From assembly GCA_030704615.1 (NCBI GenBank), contig CM060731.1, forward strand, positions 10,292,001 to 10,356,000: a stretch of DNA of 64,000 nucleotides, read 5' to 3'. Each line of letters starts with the position of its first letter. The stretch's first letter is position 1. The notes below the pieces were generated by a model that saw only the letters and a program-made list of their open reading frames with translations, had not been told where the DNA came from and searched no databases. Of the stretch, positions 1 to 13,594 are shown piece by piece. The stretch is from Takakia lepidozioides (Eukaryota; Plantae; Bryophyta). A program made the position numbers and the translations under genes.

Positions 1-1301
1 CACTGGAGTGGCAGGCTGTCCTTATCAAGGGGGCCAAACTTGATGCTGCCAAGACTGAGTTTGCCCGTTCTGTGTGAGTTATGTTGATCGGTTTTCTGTT
101 TTGAGCAACCAGTTTCTGCCGCACCACCCCCCTCCCCCCCCCCCCCCCTCCCAACAAAGACCTTCTCCTTGTCAGCATGTGCCCTTTCTCGATGTGGGAC
201 TGGCAAAGCAACCACAGTCTCATGTGTTGTGAGCTAGAAGCTAGATGACCAGGGATCAAACCAACATTATTCCACTCTAAGTTCTCCCAGCCCACTCCGT
301 CAGAATACACATTACATCCTATTCCATGATCCCAGTATGTTCTAGATTATCTTCTGCGTGGCCCGCACTGCACCTGCAACCTCCACAAAGGTTCAAAGGC
401 ACATACATAGAATCTGGGTGCTGTTACATTGTTGTGGACAAAAGTGAGGCACGGTATGGGGGTCCCACGGTAGTCTGCATGCACAGAGTACTTTGGGCGC
501 AGTCTAAGTAGGGTGGAGTGGTCCTGGTTTTACGTTGAGGTGGTGAAAGACTCTGTCAAGTGACAGCTGAGAGGTCTTCCACCCAAGAAACTGATGGGCG
601 GCACATCTATACTACATTACCAGGAGCAAGTGCAATCAACATTGGATATATAATGTAGCACCAAGGTCTTATGTTTTCAAGCATCTCACTAGACACTTCT
701 TGTGTATTCTAGGACTCTCTCACTTAGGTTAATGGATGCTGGAGGTCTCGGTTTTGTTGAAGGTGAACAACAATTGCATGGTATTTGGGTGGTGTCTCTA
801 GCATCCAGCATGTTTTCTGGAGACACAAAGATGTGAGTCTTAGCAACAAAGGCTTCTCCTAGGATCACCGTCAGGTGATATTTAGTTATCAGCATTGCAA
901 CAACCCCCGGACTTACAGTGCAAGCTAGGAAGCAAACTAGACCTACCGAAACATATGATGCCCCTAGACTTTGGTTCACCATTTGCCAATCAGCCAGGTA
1001 TAGACCGTTGGGCTAAGTAACCAGACTAGTTAGTGAACAAAACCAACTTTCTCAATTACACCTCTGACCACAGGCAGATAAAGATCATGTTCCCTCCAAA
1101 ATGCAAAACAGAAACCAAATGGAGTCATTGCAAAATTCCTGAGGAAAAGGTTCATATGAGTCCAGTGTCCTCCAGGAGTCCCATGAGGGACGGTTATTAA
1201 ATCTCATGCATTCACTTCTTAGACATACTTAAGTTTTCTTTCCTTTCACAGTTTACAGTACAACAGACTCAATAGTGGGACAATCATTTTAACTCTGATG
1301 G

Positions 1302-4300
1302 CTAAACAGAGGTAATTTTACTTCCTATCGTGGTCCCATTCATAGTTGCTGGCTCGTCCACGCAAAGTTTGCTAAGTTCAGGACTTCCACCACCTACAGT
1401 TTGGCAAATGGCAGTGAATTGCTCAAGAGCACGGACAAACTGAAAACCCTGCAGCAGCATCACGCGGGTCGGCTCATCAGTTGTCTTTATACAGACAAAT
1501 CTAAAAATAATAAAATTTGAGAGAACTTCGGTCAATGGACTAGTCCCTGTACACTTCCAACCAAAGCCTCCACAGAATCCCAGCTAACCATCTGAAAAAC
1601 ACGTAAGTGGGTTTATCATTCCCCCAGTGCCTGAACCCCAATCTGATTCTTATGGTGCTCATGAATAGCTAAGGACAGTCCCATCACGACGAGAATTAAC
1701 TTAATGGGTCAGCCTTAACACATAAAGCATGGTGTTGAACCAGCACTCCTACACTTATGTGGATCCACCTCAATCAGAGCCTCGTGAAACAAACATATCG
1801 GACATTCGCAAGGATGCAACATCCTTGTTGGAGTTTCCATACCATAGCCTGATAGCCTTGTAGTGGAGACAGAGAAGGCAAGCATAATATGTTCCAAGTG
1901 ACAAAGACCCTCCAGGAGATCGATGGAGGACCAACGGATGGAAGATCCAAACAAAAACCCACGCAAACCCACAGACAGACACAACAGCAGAAGGTAAAAA
2001 GATGGCACATTAACCGCACGCAAGGATATTAAGATGCAGCTGTTCCATCTTGAGAGTGTGTCTTCAGAGCCCCACCCCCGAAAGGGGGCAGTAGCCGTAA
2101 GGCGAATTGTCTCTTAGATACGCCGGTCCACTGACCGGAGTCTTCTCTCTCTCTTCTCTCTCTGTGTCTTCAGAATAGAGCGCAACTGCACTTTGGAAAA
2201 ATGATGTAACTGCGGTGTAAAAAAGGGCAGAGTCAGAATCCTGACAGTGGGAGAGAAGACAACTCCAGCTCCAAATTTTGGTTTTGCTGAGTATGGACCT
2301 CTTGGCGAACATCATGTACCCCGCCCACTTATATCATGTCAACCAGTAGATATATTACAGAGTTACTCACACTCTGAGACCTGAACTAGCTAAGAGTTGG
2401 ACCTTCTTCATCTGGCGCATCTTACTATGAGGATGAACAGAAATAAAACCAATCATAACAAACGGTCGCCATGCATTAACACCAGTGAAACAGTTCTCAC
2501 TTAAATGTGCACAGACCAGGCAGCAAGACCGAGACAGAGGAATAAATTACTACCCACAGGGGATACACACTTCATATTTTCTTTAGTTTAGTTCATAAAA
2601 TTTCAACAGAAACTCTCTAGATTATTGCACTGGCTCTCTAAACTCTATGAGTGTGTGTGGTGATGTTTATGACAGCTGAACTGCTCCAGTCAAACAACAT
2701 AATTTATTCAAAGTAAGCTGAACAACACCAATGTCCTCGTGATTGACGTTCAAAGTATAACCCACTCAAGATGAAGGTTCAAAGAGACAACATACCTGCC
2801 AGTAAATGTGATGGCAAACGGCACACTGCCAAAACTCATCAACAGAAGTCAACGCGGATTCTGGGATGACTTGAATCCAAGAAGCTGCTGCCGCTGCTTG
2901 ATTAGCACTCAATGGAGATTGTATAAAGTCCCCATTGCATTTGACACATCTTGACAATAGCTTGTCTTCAGAGATATTGAGCTTGAAAATTTCGATTACC
3001 TGCCCAACAGAAAATCACAACAAGCCATTTGCATGATTGGAGAAGTAGAAGAAAAGTGACTTTCAGAAATCAGGTGCCACTAATACAGAAGGGGGGAGTA
3101 GCGAGAGGTGGGGAAAAAATACCTCGGCTAATTGTTCCCACTTGTCAAGGGCCCTCACACGGTAAGCTAAGTTGTCAGGGACAAGGCGGCGTCGGAGTAG
3201 TTTAATATCTCTGGTCAACAAAACACGACCCTCCCTTTCTGCTTGTTCTACCATTTGCCTGACTCCCCAACAGTTATACTGTTAGTCGTACTATAAACCA
3301 CAAGAATGGCAGCTTTTGTGTTTTCCACACAGCCCCAAAAAAGGGAGAGAGAAAGAGAGACACATGTTACTCATAAGACGTTGTTTGCCATAGCCTTGTG
3401 GCCACAGACCCTGCACCCAGTTTGGCAGAACAAAGAGACAGAGACAATGAGAGAGAGAAAGCTACATCACATGATGCATAGTTATCCACAATGCAGGACA
3501 TATCCAATGAGAATCCTCTCAATGTTTGTTGCAGACAACATCAGGCAAAACACCAACCTGGGGTCACTCTTCTTCTTGTCTGGGGGACTTGCAGCATCAA
3601 CACCTACACAGCGCAGCTGCCTTGCCAATCCCTCCACCTGATCCAACACGCAAGTATCATGCCTTTAGTATTCTCAGAGACCTGGTGCGCAGCCAATATG
3701 GGGTAAAGCACAAATGCCAGTCACACCAATACCTAAGAACACTAGTCAACCCAGGCATCCTAAACTCAACATCAGATCTATAGACAAAATATACGTCCAT
3801 AGATCTTCCATAGATCTCCCAGATGTGACAGAGAATGGCACACCATGACATCGCACAGAAACTTCGGTAGCCCGTCACCACTAGCTGCAGCCTCCCAGGG
3901 TGCAGGTCCCATCCAATCCAACTCTTCCATGTCCACTGCCTCATTATCCTTCAGGGCTTCTCTGGCCCGACGACCCCTTGGCCGTCTACGAGAACCTGGC
4001 TTATTCGAAGGCCCATTTATCAGCAGGCATTCTGCATATTGCTTAACAAATCTTGCACATCGCTCAGAGGATCCTCCCCAACTTCCCCCCATTTGATGAA
4101 ATGGTGTTGGCTCACCCAGATGCAATCCTACTCGAGGACAAGAAATGCTGGAAGCAACAAGAGAGTCTCTGACCATGGCTGTCGCAATGCCCCGCTTCGG
4201 TACGTAGACATTGCCTCTTGCTTGATTGGTTCTGTCCTTGTCTGCAATAGGCCCAAGCAAAGCAACTCAAATAAAGAAAGGAGTTCAGCAACTCTTCTAA

Positions 4301-7300
4301 TAGCAAAAAATGAAGGCTATCAACAACCTTGGCTAATGCATGATGATCTAGCACTCAACACAGGGGTGCCTGCTGGTAGGGCATTAGGGCACCACTCATC
4401 AATCCAGATACATCAATTCACTGCAGAGTAAGTAAAGCTAATATCACAGGCAGATAGAGCCCCAATTTGATAGTTTCAGGCTCTTTGAAATACACACAGC
4501 TTCAAGGGGAGAATTAAAAAGCAACTTTGTGAAGTTGTTGTCCATACCTACAAAATTGAGTAGCTCAGCCAATCCAACACTCCTACTCCCTTGGGGGCTT
4601 GTCCCCCCCTCCTCATCTTTAAGAGCTGCTTTCTCACCCAAAATCCACCATGAATGGAACCCTAAGCACAAGATGTCTCTGTTCCCGTGTAAAGAATGTA
4701 ATATTGAGCAAACCATGAAAATTCAAATAAAACTTCCAAGTTCCAAGCTTAATAAATGGAGAGAGAGACGGAAAGATAAACAGGTCAACCCAAATAAAGC
4801 CCAGGTAGGAAAAAAGACAATTAGGGGCACCACTACAAGTGGAACAAAAAAAATGCTCAGAACCTGAAATTTTACTCACTCAATGATGACAGTAATTAGA
4901 CTTCAACATCTCTGACGTGGGTATGGGATCTAGTAGCTGCTATTTCATGCCATTTACCAATAGGGTAGAAGTACCTATAATAGCTCAACTAAGAGATTAT
5001 ACTGTTCAGATCACTTCCCATAAGAACAGACTAAATTAGGGAATGGCCCCATTTTGTAGGCCTCCAGAAAAGCTTTCCAGACCTAGGCCCCAATTAGAAA
5101 ACGGTTTATTTTAACTAAGTTAACAAAGGTCTTAACAGGGGAAGGTAGCATACACCAAATTTTAAGAAGTTGGTGACATATAATGCCCATAAACACTAAG
5201 AGAGCTCCACAACATCAACCGCTTGATGCCTCATTTTCATGGAGAGGATCTTCTGAGGCCTAAAATACACCATGGTAGATGTAGGTGGTTGTACTCGTAT
5301 AGAACACAAGCATCATGCCAATTGATTAAGAATTCTGACATGAATGAACGGGTTTAAATGCCTCAGTACATGATTTGACGGCTCAAAGTGCACGAGTGCG
5401 CTATTACAGGTTACCTGCACTGTATGGGTACTTTTACGCTAGAATTAATTGAATCTTGACGGTCTCCATTTTTTGCCGCCACAAGACACTTACCAAAGAA
5501 CACATACTTGGACAGGATTCTCGCTGACCTTGACAATAAACAAGCATCTGAATGTTTTGCAGGAGGTCTTACTAAGAAATGAGGGGGAGGAGGGGGGATT
5601 CCAAACAACTTCATGAGAGTTCACTCAAGCAAAATAATGTGAAGTACTCTGACCTCGCTCAACTCGAAGAACATCTTGTAGGAGTACATCGAAGATTGAG
5701 AGGAGGCAATATGCATCAGCAGCTGCATACTCAATCTGCTCTAGTGTTAAAGGTCGTTGCTCCCAATTACTGCACTGTGAATCCTGCATATTTTGAATGT
5801 ATTACTTGAATGATAGACACCACTTATTTCAAGCACACTATCTGGGATGCCATGAGTCCAGTCAAGTCAACTCTGGATTTCCAATGAGAAATGAAAAATA
5901 ACAGAAGCTAAGATGCACTTCAATTAGGACTGTGAACACTTCGTTCAAAACCCAAATAACATAGACTTCCATGTCAATGTCCTGAAAAGGATTGGGTCAT
6001 TTGTGTTTCCTTCAGGGGATTCAACATTCTACCATCTCCCGAATCCGAAGTAAATTAACACACCACCGAGAGAGAGAGCTAAAACTAGCCTTTGGGAAAG
6101 AAATTTGAAGTCCTTCCTTCCTCTAATGTGTCAAAGGCCTCAACAGAGAGGGAGTGTGAACAGGCTAAGGATGAAGGTTTAAGGTCAAATTCGAATTGTA
6201 ACATTAGTAATGACCTTGCAAAGGGGCACCCCGAGAACTGCTGTAGAGATGCCGACCAGGCTGAACTGTCCTCCAATTGATAACTTCCTTCTGCGTTGTT
6301 GTGAGTTTGAATGGGGTGAAGATCGCAGTTGACGGTACAATTTCCCTATGTCTATGTAAGGCTCCACCTGTCCCCATCCATCATATACACTAGCACGGTA
6401 AGGAATTCTCCATCAAATTGATGCTCCAGTGACCAAATTACATACAATAAAAGGCCCCAATCGACTCTTTTAAAAAGTCTATTGGAAGATTGACCGGACT
6501 CCCCCCCCCCCCCCCACACCTCTCACTAGATGAATGCTGCAACATCACCTTCAGATACCAAAACTACCCCACCTCGTTTACCTTATCAAAGCACCCACGG
6601 CCCTCTGGACCAGGGAAGGAGGCAGTGAGGTGGAGTAGATCCTGCTTGAAGGCAAACCCTAGCTTCAAAATGCGAGGGGATGATAGCATCTTCTTCATTG
6701 CAGCACCAAACGCCGACACTTGAAGTGCTAGCATATCCAATAAAAAGATAACCTCTCCACCTTTATTTCCTTGCCTCTCCAAGCCCCTCCAGTCATCATA
6801 TCCACTTTCCCCCATGACCCCAGGAGCCCCTATTAAATGCAGCATATCATGAACTGGACCACTTCTAAACTCCCCACCTGTCTCGCTATCGCTTTGTTCT
6901 GAATTCCCTTCCTCTTCACCAACACTCCTTTCCATGCGCTGTGCATTCTCCTCCTTACTCCACGTAATCCTCTCCCCTTCATTTTCTTCTTCCATCAATT
7001 TTCCCTCCGTATCCTGGCCATAATCTTCATCCTCCTTCGTCCTATCACCGACCCATGTTAGCCCTCTACTACTGCCGCCCGCCAGCTCCACCTCCTCCTC
7101 CAGAATTCCCACCCTCTGTACAATCTCCCGATCTTTAATTTCCGTCCCATAATTGCATCCTGCTTTGTCCCCATCAAATTTCTCTCTACACTCTGCCGGA
7201 AAGTTACTAGATGCATCTAGTCTCCTCTCCATCATGTTCCAAGCGGCCGAATTATCCCTGATGCGGCAGGCAATTTGAAGTATAGAAATACGGGGAGACA

Positions 7301-7538
7301 CACCGGCATTGGGGACGGGTTTCCACTCAGCATCCATACCAACAACCAACGCCTCCTCCATAGCCACAAGGAACAGACTGAACAGTGAAGTGTCTGGCGA
7401 ATCTACAAAGAAAATACGTTCATGCGGCAGAGGCAATGTCCAAAAGCAGGGCTTCTCTTCTTCTTCCTGGCCTCCTCCACCCTTCCCTGTCCCCTCCTCC
7501 ATCTCAGCTTCCTCACACACAAGATCCAGCGCACGCAT
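1302..7538 (-). CDS. EXD3/Mut-7-like DEDDy 3'-5' exonuclease with C-terminal Mut7-C RNase (PIN + Zn ribbon) domain; spliced, about 9 exons
   Basis: Approximate exons joined at GT-AG: 7538-6582 (VGMDAEWKP ExoI, LKLGFAFKQDL ExoII), 6367-6215, 5793-5654 (CSNWEQRPLT..YAAADA ExoIII), 4661-4548, 4241-3843 (KFLCDVM), 3637-3557 (VEGLARQLRCVGVDA), 3258-3124 (EGRVLLTRD), 2999-2796 (SRCVKCN..FWQCAVCHHIYWQ), 1448-1302 (GFQFVRALEQF..stop). Confidence 0.88.
1950..2314 (+). repeat. Possible LTR fragment or structured insert in the last intron of the EXD3-like gene
   Basis: Cluster of short hairpins (CCCCC-GAAA-GGGGG, GTAGCC-GTAA-GGCGAA, CCGGTC..GACCGG), a CT tract and an end in ...AACATCA. No TSD or partner end found. 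Confidence 0.3.
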
Positions 7539-8203
7539 ATGTTCACTTATTCACAGAGGGACCGGGAATCTTCTAACATACACTTCACCTTTGTGGATTA
7601 GGAAACCAATAAATGTAGAGAAAACCAACCACCAAAAAGGTAATTCTTTTCTGTAGTTGGGGAGGAACTGCAATTGCGCTGTAAGAGCATGCACCGCGTT
7701 GTATGTTAAGTGCTACCTCCTCAATGTGGAGGGCATTGATTACAGCAACTCAAACAAGCGTTCCGTAGGAAGATAGAGAAAGTATCGTTGCATGCTACAG
7801 TACAAAGCCTTTGAGAATCAGTTTGTGCTTGAGGCTCTACATTGAGGGTGTTTGATGCAATGGAATATAATGGAATACTCGAGTAAGTGCCCAGGTTGTG
7901 ATCCTTGTTGTGTTTGATGATCTGGATACTTTGAATGTTCACAACAATTTGTGCAAGCTGAATAGGGTAATAAGCCCAGAGAAGTATGAGATGGAGTCCA
8001 TTATTTCTGCCAAGGTTCAAATCAAAATTTGGTACCCTTTCGCTGCACAAGTTCTTCTTACCTTAATACAGCGGTAACAGCTAAACATGTAACAGCCCCT
8101 CTTTTGTGTCTAGTAGCATTGAGACCTACATCAAATAAAAAAGGCAAAGAGCAAAGAGGAATGGCGCAAGAGTGACATTTGAGCCAGCCTGGACAAATTG
8201 TTA

Positions 8204-11200
8204 TTAAAAGCTGAGGTCAGCAAGGCCGAAGGACCTCTCAACCGCCTTACTCCAAGACTGGTATCTACTCTCTCGCTCCTCCTCCTTCACTTGAGGGTGG
8301 AAAACAGTGGGCTCTGCTCCACCTGCCCCATGCTCAAATATCTGTTTTTCAGTCCACATGCCTACAGCCAGGCCTGCAGCATATGCTGCCCCTAATGCCG
8401 TCGTCTCGATGTCTGCTGGCCTCACCACTGAGCTCCCCATCAAATCAGCCTGCAAATTACAATTCTTGGTCAAAATTGAGTGACTAGATCAAGCACAATG
8501 TGATAAGCACCTCTTCCGTTTCACTGATTGTCCCACCTCTGCTTTTCCTTGACAATGTCACTGGCAGTGGTGACATTTGTGGCCAAACTGGGGGCTACTG
8601 CATCAGTGCTGGAATGACAGTGGTGTTTCTAGCATACTGTCTAGTACATTAAGCCTCAATTTACTGTCACAAGATCGTTGTTGGCTTGAGCGAGTGATAT
8701 GAAAATTTCTGGCTGAGTTTCCACATCCTCGTGGAAATCCCACAACTAGCCCTGAAGTTGGTTGATCCTCTTGGACAATGTCCTCAAAGGTATATTCGCT
8801 CCTGATAAGGAGACAACAGAAACAGTGCACACACACCTGAAGTTGCATAAGGAGGTTGTTGACACTTGCCCCTCCATCCACTCTGAGCAAAAACTCGCCG
8901 GCCACTTTCTTTTCCACGCTGCCAGCATCAGCCTTCATGGATGTTAACACTTCCCTTGCCTGCGGACATAGGGTAAATCAGATAAGACAATCACAAATTA
9001 GCCAGATTGGGATTGTATGTACTAGGAATCCAATGCATGCAAGGCCCTTTTACATCTAGTTTGAAAGAAGTCCAGAGCTATGTCCAATAGCTTGTTTATT
9101 TATCCTGATATTACAACTCTGCACAAACTGACACTGAACAATTGCTGATACTCATGTCCAACTCTGCTCTGCTACTGATGTACTGAGGTAATTGTAAGCT
9201 GTGTGTCTATGTAAACAGTTCATGAAAAAAATGAGGACTCTGGCAGTGTGCCAGTCAAGACAACAAAACAGCCTAACCCTGACTTTCAAAAGCATACTTT
9301 ACATTCATTTGATATGATCCTACCTGGAAGCACATGCTTTCAAGTGTCGCACGAGCAAGGTGGCCCTTGTTAGTATAGCGGGTAATTCCCACTAGAACTC
9401 CACGGGCATCATCTCTCCACCATGGGGCATATAGCCCACTAAACGCTGGCACAAAATACACCCCTCCGCTGTTATCAACTGACATGGCCAAGTCCTCAAT
9501 CTCGCTGGCACTTTTGATCAAGCCCAGATTGTCCCGCAGCCATTGGACAGCTGCCCCAGCAATGGCAATAGAACCCTCAAGTGCATAATTTGTTGGGGCA
9601 TTCGGTCCCAGCTTGAATGATATGGTGGTTAGCAAACCATGATTAGAAGGCACAATCTGCTCACCCGTATTCAGAACAATAAAACATCCCGTCCCATAAG
9701 TGCTCTTGGCCTCTCCTTTCTTGCATAGCTGACCAAGTGTGGCCGCATGTTGGTCTCCCAGGCAACCAGCCAATGGAACCCCCTGAAGAGGCCACCCCTT
9801 AGAGACCTCACCCATGACCTCCGCATTGCTTATAATCTTGGGAAGGATGCTGGCTGGAATCCCTAATGTCTTCAATGTGGGTTTATGCCATTGCAAGGTG
9901 TCAAGTTCCATCAGCATTGTTCGAGAAGCATTCGAGCAGTCAGTTACATGGACAGCAGACTCTGAATGTGCACCGCCTGTCATGTTCCAGATGAGCCAAG
10001 AGTCAATGGTCCCAAAAAGGGCATCCCCACTTTCGATAGCCTCCTTCACACCTGGTACTGACTCCATGAGCCAGAGCACTTTCAGGGCACTGAAGTAGGG
10101 GCTCAACGGGAGCCCACAGGTCTTCACAAAATGGAGACGGCCTTCTGAGAGTTGTGCCTCCAAGCGCCTACAACAAACAGAGAGGACAAGACCATAAGTC
10201 TGATGAATACAAGAATCCAAATTCAGAGGAATGAGGTACTGGAGTTTCAAGCGTCCAGCCTACAGAATAGGCTAAGTAGTATTCCCAAGAGATACTTGAC
10301 AAACTGCTACCAGAAAGCCCAAGACCAGCATTGGCGTTTGACCAAGGTACTTATCCAAGTGCAGAGTACACTCCAAACTCACATTTGAAAGGTACCAAGT
10401 CTGGCACCTTCAGTGAAAAGAAAACATTCAAACGAGTTCTTCATATGGGAGACTTGCTGCTGAGTCCCCACTGACTTTGTAAGCTCTTGACTCTGGCGCA
10501 GAGGTGCTGAGAGGTTCTATCATCAGAATAAACACAAGAAAATAACCTGAAAAAAAGGGGCAAATAATTCGAAGTAAACACAGAGCAAAGGGAAGACAAC
10601 CTGAAACAATTTAAGAAAGGAAGAAAAGGATCAGAAAGTGATATTTCTCCTAACCACAGACCAAGGACTAAACCACTCTTACACTGTGCTGCAAAACTAT
10701 GTTGATGGAGCAGTTTTTGTTGATTAATAGTTGCATATTTAATCATGTGCAGTTGACGCTCGTAGCGATCACTAATATGCAAAACTAGACACAATTCATT
10801 TTGTTCCGCCCCCGAAAGCATGGATAATGACCTACCGCAATAAGCACGTAACAATTCGTTAGCGGAATAAAACAACCTCACGTCGTCCCTTCTACGCAAA
10901 ACCAAACACAACTCATTTTGCTTCCTAACATCAGCGCTCACTTGGGGGGGGCTCCAATTACTTTCCTTACTACTTTCAAACTCATCACAACAAGTGATTT
11001 GGGTGGCATAGTCATTATCATGTTCTACCAACCCCCTCTTTGTGGAGGCGAAAGTAACCCCCCTCATTGTCTATGCTAACAGTAACCGAACCATCATCTG
11101 CATCATACACGCTCATGGAGCCAAGATAATTCCACCACTAGAGAGTGCAATCCCAATCACACAGATGCCGCAGCCTACTGCCAGCAACGTCACAATAACC

Positions 11201-12661
11201 TCATGCTGTTGACTGGAGTAGGGGAGTGGGGGACAGTGGCGAGAATCCACCAGACAGATAAAGGACCAAATAACAAAGTGGTGGGAGAGAGGAAAGGAGG
11301 GTTCACAGTAACCTGCAGATAGCACTGGGGCGGCCATCCATCCAGACAATGGCATTGTAAAGTGGCTCGCCGGTAGTCTTGCTCCATAGGAGGGTGGTTT
11401 CTCGCTGATTCGTGATGCCAATTGCTTTCAAGTTGCCTTCTAGTTCAATCCCCGCCTTTCTAGCCTTGGCAACTGTCACTTTCATGGCCTCACGCACAGA
11501 GTCGAGAATCTCCATTGGATTGTGCTCCACCCATCTATAAATCGCAGATACAACTCATTCAATCCCAGCTTGCCTTCAACAAACTTGACCTCACAGTCAG
11601 GCACTTTGCACAAGGAAAAGGTGAATTCCGCCCTGTCAAGTGGCTACAAAATTGGGCACAATCTGACGGGCTAACCGTTCCCAATGATTTTTCTTGACCT
11701 TATTGCGGCCTTGATCTCGGACTTCAATTACTTCAGCAATTCATCTGGGTCTCTAAGCCCACTATATGCACAATCATGCTCGAGTGCGGACCATAGGATG
11801 CGAAAGAGCTCACAGACTTCAATAAGTGAGCAAGAGAGTTACATGAAACTTCCTGCTGATCTGCTGAATATATCTGCCTGACTGTCAGCCATCAGAATCT
11901 GGGATTTTTAAATTACAGGGAATTTCGGCCAAAATCCACCACTTAATGAGGGCAGCAGAAACAATACAAAGAGAATCCAGTAACAATTCCCACGAGATTC
12001 AGTCAAGTGCTCTGGAACCCGGGTTTCCGTGCACAGGGACTTTATCACCATGTTTGAGAAACTGTCGAAATTCCTGACAGTTTGCCCTTTGACTTTCGCA
12101 GCAGCTCAGAACGAAATTCATAGACAAACCATCGCCCCCACAAGAAGAAAATATAAGAGAAATCCATTCCCATCACAGGTGAAAGTACATCCCTTGCGCG
12201 GATTAGGCACATTGTTGACATGAAGGAAAGACAAAAAGAGTGTGAGAAAGACAGGGGAAGAACAAGGATCTGAAAGAGCTTCATGCACACCGCAGAAAAA
12301 ACACCAGATTGTATCATAACACAAGAGTACGGATCAACCAGCGGATTTCAATGCCCACCGTGACACTGCACCAGTCAAACAAAATCCCTCAACCTAGAGC
12401 ACGAAACATTGCACGTTGCATGCCACTGAGAAACAAGCAAAGAAAAACGCACCCTGCTTGCGGGAAAATCTGACCGAACTCCAGCTGATGCGACGCCACA
12501 GCCTTGGCATCCTCATCGTACACTATGAACCGCGTGCTGGTCGTTCCCTGGTCTATGGCCGCCACATACCCACCCTTCCCCATCCCCCCCTCCTCCTCCT
12601 CCTCCTCCTCCTCCTCCTCCTCTCCCTGTCCCAGCAGATTGTTGGTCTCTGCAGAACTCAC
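8204..12661 (-). CDS. GLPK: Glycerol kinase (FGGY family; plant GLI1/NHO1-like), 5 exons
   Basis: [114 protein letters not shown]. Approximate exons 12661-12453, 11533-11313, 10168-9324, 8959-8837, 8449-8204. Confidence 0.96.
12589..12622. repeat. (CCT)n microsatellite encoding an N-terminal poly-Glu tract of glycerol kinase
   Basis: Direct repeat of cct; translates to [14 protein letters not shown] on the minus strand. Confidence 0.9.
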
Positions 12662-13594
12662 AGAACCCCCTGCCAGCTTCTGTGAAGTGATCTCTGAATA
12701 TTTTCCTGCGAATGCCGCTCTCTCCTCAAATACCTGCGGATCACCGACGATCCCACCGCCCGCAACAGTCTAAGTCTTACTGTGGGCGTGTTGCCCACAG
12801 ACGACAAGGCTCCATGACATAGTCGCCTCTCCTGTCTGTCAGACCCTCCAACGCGGCCTCCATCACCCACCCACCCACCCACCCATGCATTTTAAATGCC
12901 CCCCTTAATATATGAATCGAGGGTACATGATCCAGAGACATGAAGTGAGTTGTGGATAATGATAGAATAATAGAATATTCAGAGCATCAGATCGGCAGCA
13001 TTTATCTGCCACGTTGACCCTACCGACATTTGGCTAAAGAAATAGTATCTGTCAGAATCTTTACCGCATTTTACTGAACATGATGGCCGTCGTCGTGGAC
13101 TAGATAAATTTCATTCGTGAGCTCGTTTTGTCATCCATGAGACATTCCTTGCTCATCCCGACATTCCATCGTCCATCAAGCCGCGATTCAGTCATGGATC
13201 GCGAAAGCCACAGACCTCATCCACCACGGATGGATGCTGAATGGATGAGCTGACCCGGTGGCTGGAAGTACAGCTATTCATCCGGTTGCCGCCCGTAGTC
13301 ATGTACTCATCGATGGTCTGGCAGTCGACACGGGGAGCAGATCACGGGCGGCAGCTGCCGGCCGGAGGGCCGGGCGTTTACGTCGCCCTAATTAGAAGTG
13401 TAGGTAGTGGAAGGCCGCATATATTGGAAGGCCCCGATTGGAGCTCCCTGATTTGAGGGCCTAAGGCCTGGACGGTATGGACTATGTATGGACACAGACC
13501 TTGTACCCAAATGTGCTCGCGTTACAAAATTGCAAAACTGTTTCAGATTTGTGCTCCGGTGAGCACAATCATACTACACTTGCATACATACTTC

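Noticed and set aside
1-80. Possible exon (LEWQAVLIKGAKLDAAKTEFARS + gtgagt)
   Set aside because: Too short and cut by the window edge to assign.
10441-11067. 208-aa ORF
   Set aside because: Lies in a glycerol kinase intron, has no motif and contains a small internal duplication; probably repeat-derived.
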